Shown piece after piece: positions 1 through 6,228 of a stretch of DNA of 29,176 bases. The position numbers were made by a program, and so were the translations under genes. Each line of letters opens with the position of its first letter. Position 1 is the first letter of the stretch. Under the pieces are notes generated by a model, which worked only from the letters and a program-made list of their open reading frames with translations, ran no database searches and had not been told where the DNA came from. The stretch comes from a virus (taxonomy: Duplodnaviria; Heunggongvirae; Uroviricota; Caudoviricetes): positions 64,001 to 93,176 of the IMG/VR virus record IMGVR_UViG_3300027996_000012. The stretch is one strand, 5' to 3'.

Positions 1-282
1 GAAAACGATAGCGAAAAATACTCACCACCCCGTGTACGTGAGATGGTGGAACACCAACGGGATGCGTACCAGTGGGAATTCGTGTTCACGGCCGCTAACC
101 AAGATGCCTGCTTGGCCGGTGCGAAACTCGGCATGGACACAGCCTTGGCTGCGACCTACGAGGATTCCCAAAGAGGTACTCGGCAGACCTTCTCTGGGAT
201 CAGCCTAGCTACCGGGATGCTCCGTAGTGGGGACCGAGTCGGTGCATGTGCGGCCGTCAAAGGTATCGAGGAGAAGTGCTGA
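1..282 (+). CDS. Hypothetical protein, 5'-truncated by the window edge
   Basis: Frame 1 is open from base 1 (ENDSEKYSPPRVREMVEHQ...) to TGA 280-282, which overlaps the next ATG at 282. Confidence 0.7.
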   Translation, partial: ENDSEKYSPPRVREMVEHQRDAYQWEFVFTAANQDACLAGAKLGMDTALAATYEDSQRGTRQTFSGISLATGMLRSGDRVGACAAVKGIEEKC

Positions 283-1115
283 TGAAGTTTGAAACCTTCA
301 GCGTAGTCGTGGGGGACAGAGCTTGCAATGCAAATTGCAAGTTCTGTGTCTCCAAGATCACATGCAACAAACCGGAGAAGGTCTCCTACAACTATCGTAG
401 GTTGGAGACCGCGATCCGGCTTGCGCGTGGATTTGATGAAGTGATCATCACCGGAATCGGTGAACCCACCTTGGATCGCACCGGGCTGGGCATGATCACC
501 AAGCAACTTTATGCCGCTGGGTTTCCAATCATCACTCTTCAGACCAACGGTATCAAGTTGGCCGAGGACGCAGGGTATGCCAAGGAACTCTATGATGCGG
601 GGCTATCGCGTGTAGCTCTCTCAGTATGTCACGCTGACCGGACAATCAATAACAGCATCATGCAGGCCGATGTACCCAACCCGTTGAGTTTCTGTGCCGA
701 GCTTCGGGACATTGGCTTCTCTACTCGCCTTTCAGTGATTGTCACCAAGACGGCCTTTGATCATCCACCAGAGGTAGGTGAATCCACCAGGCAGATGCTC
801 AGGATGTTATCAGCCTGTGCGGGGCAACCCTCGGTACATCAAGTCACGCTACGTGAGCTTGGCGGTGATTCGCAATGGAATAAGGACAACTTTCTCAAAC
901 TTGATCAGTTAGAGAATTGCTTGCAACAATACGGGGCCATCCAACTCTTGCATCTTCCACATGGGGCACGGGTGTACGATTATCACGGCCAGAACATCGC
1001 CATTACCAACTGTCTCACCGAATCAACCAACCCGGATCAACAACGGCAGTTGATCTATTTCCCAGACGGACGGATCGCATATTCTTGGCAGCACAAGGGA
1101 GCAACCCTGCTATGA
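282..1115 (+). CDS. Radical SAM protein
   Basis: CxxxCxxC motif CNANCKFC near the N-terminus, GIGEPTL (GGEP-like) and TLQTNG. Start placed at ATG 282 by the TGATG overlap. Confidence 0.9.
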   Translation: MKFETFSVVVGDRACNANCKFCVSKITCNKPEKVSYNYRRLETAIRLARGFDEVIITGIGEPTLDRTGLGMITKQLYAAGFPIITLQTNGIKLAEDAGYAKELYDAGLSRVALSVCHADRTINNSIMQADVPNPLSFCAELRDIGFSTRLSVIVTKTAFDHPPEVGESTRQMLRMLSACAGQPSVHQVTLRELGGDSQWNKDNFLKLDQLENCLQQYGAIQLLHLPHGARVYDYHGQNIAITNCLTESTNPDQQRQLIYFPDGRIAYSWQHKGATLL

Positions 1116-1618
1116 TCACCAAGCAACAGTGTGGCGACATTTTTGTAGGTCTTGGGCTCGCATTGGTTATGGCTATGATGGCCATGGTTGTGGGTCTTTC
1201 AAACGCTGCTGAGCCAGAAATAACCACAGCCCCATTTGATGTTCAAGCATTCATATCGGATGCAGAGGGCTCCCAGCCACCATACCTGTGGATTCGCATC
1301 ACGATCCCAGAGAACATGATGCTGTGTTCATTTGGGCAGGAAACGGGCAGCCATGCCAGCCCGTTGAAGGTCACCCCAAACCGGTCAGCGAAATACACGG
1401 TGGGCGAGTTTCAGACTATCGGCCCGCCTCCATTGATGACTGTGATACGTGGAGACTTGGTCTATTACCACACCGGGCAGGTGACTTGCAACGCCCCTAT
1501 CACCAGACTGAGTAAGAACCCGCTGATCATCAGCGGCACCATCCGATATGCACTGTGTAACGAGACAGAGTGTTTCTCCCCAAGAACTGTTACCTTTTCT
1601 GTGAAGGAATCATTATGA
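1112..1618 (+). CDS. Exported protein with a DsbD N-terminal (nDsbD)-like domain
   Basis: Hydrophobic N-terminus (IFVGLGLALVMAMMAMVVGLSNAA). C-terminal GTIRYALCNETECFSPRTVTFSV resembles the nDsbD active-site segment Y-x2-C-x4/5-C-x2-P. Confidence 0.65.
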   Translation: MITKQQCGDIFVGLGLALVMAMMAMVVGLSNAAEPEITTAPFDVQAFISDAEGSQPPYLWIRITIPENMMLCSFGQETGSHASPLKVTPNRSAKYTVGEFQTIGPPPLMTVIRGDLVYYHTGQVTCNAPITRLSKNPLIISGTIRYALCNETECFSPRTVTFSVKESL

Positions 1619-1895
1619 TCAATTTGCTTGATGCCCCGGCTGTGGTTGCCCAAGATTACTTTGAACAAGAGATCAAGGTGGGCGACCTATTGGTTTACCC
1701 GGCCGCCAGGGCTCATCTCTCTGGATGAGTCACTTGACGGTGACTGCCGTGGTCATTCAGGAAGACGAATGGAGCAGCAGAGGGCCTTATGCCGTGGTGA
1801 AAGGCATCAAAGAGAGTGGCAAGAAAGTCAGTATCACCGAGCTTGGCCGCACTGTTGTGGTGCAGCGCCAACTCACTGAACAAGGAGAATCATGA
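1615..1895 (+). pseudogene. Small phage beta-barrel-like protein with a one-base frameshift near 1701-1702 (real or sequencing error)
   Basis: MINLLDAPAVVAQDYFEQEIKVGDLLVYP continues in another frame as RQGSSLWMSHLTVTAVV...GKKVSITELGRTVVVQRQLTEQGES*. Adding one G (ccggcc to ccgggcc) gives a single ORF with ATGA overlaps at both ends. Missed by the ORF track. Confidence 0.7.
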
Positions 1896-2002
1896 GAATA
1901 TCATGGAAACTGATTGCGTTGTGGTCCATTGCGGCCGTGGTTGGGTACGTAGCTGTAGTCTACGGGCTTGTTGATTTGTTTTTTAACCTGCTGGCTCTTT
2001 AA
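1892..2002 (+). CDS. 36-aa single-pass membrane protein
   Basis: MRISWKLIALWSIAAVVGYVAVVYGLVDLFFNLLAL, preceded by an AAGGAG ribosome-binding site. Confidence 0.65.
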   Translation: MRISWKLIALWSIAAVVGYVAVVYGLVDLFFNLLAL

Positions 2003-2014
2003 GTCGAGTCATAT

Positions 2015-2088
2015 TCCGGAGTAGCTCAATTGCGTAGAGTACACGGCTGTTACCCGTGGGGTTGCTGGTTCGAGTCCAGCCTCCGGAG
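2015..2088 (+). tRNA. tRNA-Asn (GTT), CCA not encoded
   Basis: Acceptor stem TCCGGAG/CTCCGGA, D stem GCTC/GAGT, anticodon stem CACGG/CCGTG with loop CTGTTAC, T arm GCTGG-TTCGAGT-CCAGC, discriminator G. Confidence 0.95.
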
Positions 2089-2100
2089 CTTGAGGATAGC

Positions 2101-2367
2101 ATGAGTAAACCAATTCCAAACATGACTGACGAAGAAGTTCAACGGTTTTGGGCTAAAGTTGATCAGCAATCAAATGGAAATTGTTGGAACTGGACAGCAT
2201 CTATCAAACAAGGAGTTGGTTACGGGCAGGTTGGAATCGGTGGTCAGTCAGCCATTTTCTATGCTCATAGGGTTGCTTACAAGCTGCATTATGGTGTTGA
2301 TCCTGGGGACCAACAGGTATGTCATGCTTGTGATAATCGTTTTTACCTACAGGGAGGCTTGATATGA
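2101..2367 (+). pseudogene. C-terminally truncated HNH homing endonuclease
   Basis: RFWAKVD...CWNWTAS...GYGQV...AHRVAYKLHYG...VCHACDNR is the N-terminal half of phage HNH endonucleases. The expected CxNPxHL continuation is absent. Confidence 0.8.
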
Positions 2368-3086
2368 GTGAATCCATCATGGACCGCATGAAGCGTAACT
2401 ACGAGTTACCGGCTCGCCGGTTCCTTACTCGCCGCACCCCTGTGATTGTGCGCGTCGATGGCCGAGCGTTTCACACATTCACTAAACAACATGGGTTCAA
2501 GAAGCCGTTTGATTACAAGCTCATTGAATCCATGCAAGGTGCAGCCATCGGGGTAGCCAACGAGATGCAGGGTTTCAAGATGGGCTATGTTCAGAGCGAT
2601 GAAGCCAGTTTTGTTCTCACAGACTATGACAACCTGGATACGGATGCTTGGTTCGGTTATGTGCAGAACAAGGTGGAGAGCATCTCCGCAGCCCTGATGA
2701 CTGCAAATTTCGGTCGCAACATGCGTCTCATGGGCATAACGACCCCGGCGGTCTTTGATGCGCGTGCTTTCAATATCCCAGAGGATGAAGTAGTCAACTA
2801 CTTCCTGGCTCGGGCACTCGACTGGAAGCGTAACTCGGTGCAGATGCTTGCCGGAGCCCACTTCTCCCACAAGCAGCTACACAAAAAGACTCAAGCCGAT
2901 ATGCATGAGATGTTGCACAACGAGGGTGTCAATTGGGCACACCTTGATGATGTTGCCAAGAATGGTACTTTCCTTTTGAAAAAATCAGACTGGGGTATTG
3001 GCAAATCTGGGATCGAGATCAATGAAGCTGTGCTGCCTGGCTTTGGAGAGATTAGCAACCGTTGGGAAAGGGTGATGCCGCTATGA
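2364..3086 (+). CDS. thg1: tRNA(His) guanylyltransferase Thg1-like protein (3'-5' polymerase)
   Basis: VIVRVDGRAFHTFT, YVQSDEASF, FDARAF and NYFLARALDWKRNSV motifs, with a GGGAGG ribosome-binding site. Confidence 0.93.
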   Translation: MSESIMDRMKRNYELPARRFLTRRTPVIVRVDGRAFHTFTKQHGFKKPFDYKLIESMQGAAIGVANEMQGFKMGYVQSDEASFVLTDYDNLDTDAWFGYVQNKVESISAALMTANFGRNMRLMGITTPAVFDARAFNIPEDEVVNYFLARALDWKRNSVQMLAGAHFSHKQLHKKTQADMHEMLHNEGVNWAHLDDVAKNGTFLLKKSDWGIGKSGIEINEAVLPGFGEISNRWERVMPL

Positions 3087-3379
3087 TCCTTTTATGTTGG
3101 CATTGCAATCGACCGGTTACCATCGTTGAAGACGGATGGATCTGTTACAGTTGTGGTCAACATGGCGAGAACATTGAACCTGTGGCCAATTGGAAAGACG
3201 GTTGCCGAGAGAACCGACCATACATACCCAAGTCCATGAAGGCTACTGAATTCGAGACAGACTACAGCGGACAAATCAGTTGTCAAAATCGTACCGTAAC
3301 TGATGACCCCATGTCACGAGACTGGTGTAAAATCCATGACCGTTATTGCCGGTACAGCGAGTTATGTGTGGCCCAATAA
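3083..3379 (+). CDS. Cys-rich putative zinc-binding hypothetical protein
   Basis: CWHC...CYSC and a further C-terminal Cys cluster. ATGA overlap with thg1. Confidence 0.7.
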   Translation: MILLCWHCNRPVTIVEDGWICYSCGQHGENIEPVANWKDGCRENRPYIPKSMKATEFETDYSGQISCQNRTVTDDPMSRDWCKIHDRYCRYSELCVAQ

Positions 3380-3397
3380 TGATACAGGAGTTTCCTG

Positions 3398-3742
3398 ATG
3401 TTTAACCGACTGAATACACGTTTCTATGCCCAGTATGACATGGCACAGCAGGCGACTTGCATCTACATCTTGACTGGCAAAGCCGACTGTCCTGAGATGA
3501 TAGTTACCAATGTCACCCTTGAAACAAAACCAAGAGATGAGTGCCAGGGGAACTACACACCGCCAGCCTTTGTCTTGGATGACCAGGAAGCTCAGGTACT
3601 CATGGACACACTATGGGATGCAGGGGTACGCCCCGCTGAGTCACGCGACCACAGCGATACAGTACGGGCGATGAAAGCCCATTTGGAAGACATGCGAACA
3701 CTTGTTTTTGAGAGGAATACCAATGAGCCAAACTGCACTTGA
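3398..3742 (+). CDS. Hypothetical protein
   Basis: 114-aa ORF with AGGAG ribosome-binding site. Confidence 0.75.
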   Translation: MFNRLNTRFYAQYDMAQQATCIYILTGKADCPEMIVTNVTLETKPRDECQGNYTPPAFVLDDQEAQVLMDTLWDAGVRPAESRDHSDTVRAMKAHLEDMRTLVFERNTNEPNCT

Positions 3743-4106
3743 CAAAGATACCTTTGCAGTGATGTTAGATCACGCGAAGAGTTGTTTCAAACAAGCGTCA
3801 CAATGGACAGCGGCGGGGCAATCTTTCTTGGAGGTGTTGCCGTATTGGCCAATGCCATTGGATGTTGCCATACCCCATGATATTCTCCCGGCCTCCAGTG
3901 CGGGGTTTGTCGTGAAGTATTGGGCAGGAACAACAGATGCAGCACAGGTTCTGCGGCAACAATTAGGGTCGGCATTTCGTATCCAGACTTGGACGCATGG
4001 TAGAGACGGTCAACTCCATGCTGTGGGTTACATTCCCATAGAAGATGGCGTGTCGGCACGAATCATTGTTGTTTTGGACGGACCTGATGGCATACTACTT
4101 GATTGA
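3723..4106 (+). CDS. Hypothetical protein
   Basis: GAGG upstream of ATG 3723; fits the gene tiling. Confidence 0.7.
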   Translation: MSQTALDKDTFAVMLDHAKSCFKQASQWTAAGQSFLEVLPYWPMPLDVAIPHDILPASSAGFVVKYWAGTTDAAQVLRQQLGSAFRIQTWTHGRDGQLHAVGYIPIEDGVSARIIVVLDGPDGILLD

Positions 4107-4302
4107 GATTCAGCGAGACGAAACCTGGCTCCCACGGCGAATTGTCTCGGTGGAAGTGACCTTTCGGACTCTCCTTGATGGGTTGGAAGCATTTACCGAT
4201 GATTTCCCACCTGGGGAGGTTACCAGGGTTAAAGCTATTGATCGGGCGAAGCGGGACAAGATTATGCCTGAAATCGAACGGTTGTGGCTTGACAATACCT
4301 GA
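4087..4302 (+). CDS. Hypothetical protein
   Basis: MAYYLIEIQRDETW...; fits the gene tiling. Confidence 0.65.
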   Translation: MAYYLIEIQRDETWLPRRIVSVEVTFRTLLDGLEAFTDDFPPGEVTRVKAIDRAKRDKIMPEIERLWLDNT

Positions 4303-4316
4303 AAGTGTGGTATGTT
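4289..4316 (+). promoter_or_regulatory. Sigma70-type promoter
   Basis: TTGACA, 16 bp spacer, TG-extended TATGTT, followed by AGGAGG and ATG 4336. Confidence 0.65.
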
Positions 4317-4335
4317 TTAGTAGGAGGACCAACCA

Positions 4336-4476
4336 ATGGTCGATCCGTATCGCGTTGTTGCTGCTGAACCAGATCAAACACACGAGGCTGCTGAGGAGTT
4401 CTGTGACCCCGAGGGGTTTACACTGGACGAATTGGAAGCCCTCATTACCAAGGAGCTTGAAGAAGATGGGATTTGA
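4336..4476 (+). CDS. 46-aa acidic hypothetical protein
   Basis: MVDPYRVVAAEPDQTHEAAEEFCDPEGFTLDELEALITKELEEDGI with a strong AGGAGG ribosome-binding site. Below the ORF track cutoff. Confidence 0.7.
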   Translation: MVDPYRVVAAEPDQTHEAAEEFCDPEGFTLDELEALITKELEEDGI

Positions 4477-4750
4477 TAACCCGCCTGCCGAAGCCCGCAG
4501 GATTTTCGAGGAACGAGTGCAACTGATTGCATGGGCTCGATGCATGAGTCGTTTTCACCCCACTGAACGAGAGGTCCAAGACATAGAGACAGTGGGTCTC
4601 TTGACTCTTGGGGACGGCACCGAGTATCCGGTCACCATTCGTATCCATGATGTACCGGCTGGCAATGATCTGGAGATCCCTGTGCCGCCAGCCACCCCCG
4701 TTGATGACACTGAGGCTTGGACCGATCTTGAAGAGGGACTACCAGAATGA
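4466..4750 (+). CDS. Hypothetical protein
   Basis: 3' part of ORF 4175-4750, starting at MGFDNPP. Confidence 0.65.
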   Translation: MGFDNPPAEARRIFEERVQLIAWARCMSRFHPTEREVQDIETVGLLTLGDGTEYPVTIRIHDVPAGNDLEIPVPPATPVDDTEAWTDLEEGLPE

Positions 4751-5094
4751 GCAGCGGTAGCATCGAATTTGAAATCGAACTGGGGACCGGCACCAAGGCT
4801 TGGAAGCTTCTTGAGGTTGAAGTCGAGTACGACTACAGCCCAGGCGAAGAAATGGTCATGTACTACCCCGATGGGTCAGGCTACCCCGGATCGCCTCCTG
4901 AGATCGAATTCACGGATGTCCTCATCCGGTCGATTGAGGGTTACACCAGGGATGGGGAAACAGCGTACCATGTAGATGGTGAAGATTTGGACTCAGGCTG
5001 GTTGGCCCTTTTGTTGCATACTGTTTGGGTATGGATGGAAGAGAATGAGGACCACCTACACGAATGGATATTTGACGAGATGGGAGATGACTGA
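4747..5094 (+). CDS. Acidic phage hypothetical protein
   Basis: ATGA overlap; VEYDYSPGE...GYPGSPPEIEF. Confidence 0.75.
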   Translation: MSSGSIEFEIELGTGTKAWKLLEVEVEYDYSPGEEMVMYYPDGSGYPGSPPEIEFTDVLIRSIEGYTRDGETAYHVDGEDLDSGWLALLLHTVWVWMEENEDHLHEWIFDEMGDD

Positions 5095-5363
5095 TGAGAT
5101 TGAGACAAGCAGAGAAGATCGTTGTGAAATACGTGCGTCAAACTGGGGAATATCGAACCCCGACGTTGTTCAAAGCATGTTGCATGGTGTTCCGGCGTAG
5201 CCCGCAATGGTTGGCAGATGCCGCCCTGGAAATTATGATCCATGCTCCGAACGTACTTTTGAGCATCCATCGAAATTCGCTGGATGCCACACATCCGGTG
5301 AAAGTGGAATGGGTCCGTCGCACTGGGAATAGTGTGCAGGGAAACATGTCCGGGATGTCCTAA
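5094..5363 (+). CDS. Hypothetical protein
   Basis: TGATG overlap; fits the gene tiling. Confidence 0.65.
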   Translation: MRLRQAEKIVVKYVRQTGEYRTPTLFKACCMVFRRSPQWLADAALEIMIHAPNVLLSIHRNSLDATHPVKVEWVRRTGNSVQGNMSGMS

Positions 5364-5364
5364 C

Positions 5365-6156
5365 ATGCAACAAGCTCTTGGCTATACTGTCTACGAAATC
5401 CCGATAGACGAAATCTACCTGGACAACGATTTCAATTGTCGGTCGGCAATACCCCTCAATACTGTGAATGATCTTGCTCACAGCATCGATACTTCGCGTT
5501 TGGAATCACCTATCGTGGTCCAACCAGCATGTGACGTGGCTAAGGGAATTGACCCCCCATTCAGATGGCGCATCATTGCTGGTCATCGTCGATTCCTCGC
5601 CTGTGCTAATATCCTGCATTGGCGAGCAATTCCTGCCCTTATCCGCGAAGGGCTGTCAGAGCAAGCGGCTCGTTTGTTGAATCTCGTTGAAAACTTGGAT
5701 CGCCAAGATTTGAATCTGTACGAGGAGGCGCTGGCAATCGGGCAGGTTTTCAATGGCAAAACGATAGCATACATCCGGGCCAAGTTGAATCGTGGGCGTC
5801 GGTGGGTTGAAGCACGACTGGAGCTTCTAAAGCTACCGGAAGACATACAACAGGCCGCTGCGGCGGGTGCCGTCACGTATAGTGACATTACATTGTTCAT
5901 CGTGCAAAACCGGCCAGATGATTTCTTTCAGGTGCTCCAAGAACGAAAAGCTGCGGGCGAGACCGTCCATTCTATCCAATGTGCAGAGCAGGGTTTCGGG
6001 CTACGCCGTAAACATGAGATCCAAGAGATGATTGCCGACGTAATGACGGCCCCCTTCCCTGTAACAGCGGCTAGGGCCCTCGCATGGGTGGTTAAGTCCC
6101 TCCCTACAGAGGAACTGCGAGCCGACATGTCTGGACGTTCTGGGAAAGCCCCTTGA
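5365..6156 (+). CDS. ParB/Spo0J-like protein (ParB N-terminal domain plus helix-turn-helix)
   Basis: IPIDEI...FNCR, LAHSI...LESPIVV, IIAGHRRFLA (GxxR box), NLVENLDRQDLNLYEEALAI, and an HTH-like IAYIRAKLNRGRRWVEARLELLKLP segment. Confidence 0.88.
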   Translation: MQQALGYTVYEIPIDEIYLDNDFNCRSAIPLNTVNDLAHSIDTSRLESPIVVQPACDVAKGIDPPFRWRIIAGHRRFLACANILHWRAIPALIREGLSEQAARLLNLVENLDRQDLNLYEEALAIGQVFNGKTIAYIRAKLNRGRRWVEARLELLKLPEDIQQAAAAGAVTYSDITLFIVQNRPDDFFQVLQERKAAGETVHSIQCAEQGFGLRRKHEIQEMIADVMTAPFPVTAARALAWVVKSLPTEELRADMSGRSGKAP

Positions 6157-6181
6157 CACCCCTTTGGTGGCTTGGTATAAT
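6153..6181 (+). promoter_or_regulatory. Consensus sigma70 promoter upstream of the DNA polymerase gene
   Basis: TTGACA (6153-6158), 17 bp spacer, TATAAT (6176-6181), with an extended -10 TG. Confidence 0.9.
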
Positions 6182-6228
6182 AGAGATATAACGGTTGAAG
6201 TAGTTGTATCCCCTTATACTGGCTCCCA

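Noticed and set aside
282-1115. A complete 7-deazaguanine or Z-base DNA modification pathway
   Set aside because: No recognisable folE, queD, queC, dpdA or purZ in the window, and the radical SAM protein does not look like QueE.
2338-2366. A -1 frameshift at the T5 run fusing the HNH fragment to Thg1
   Set aside because: The fusion would not restore the missing HNH motif, and thg1 has its own GGGAGG ribosome-binding site.
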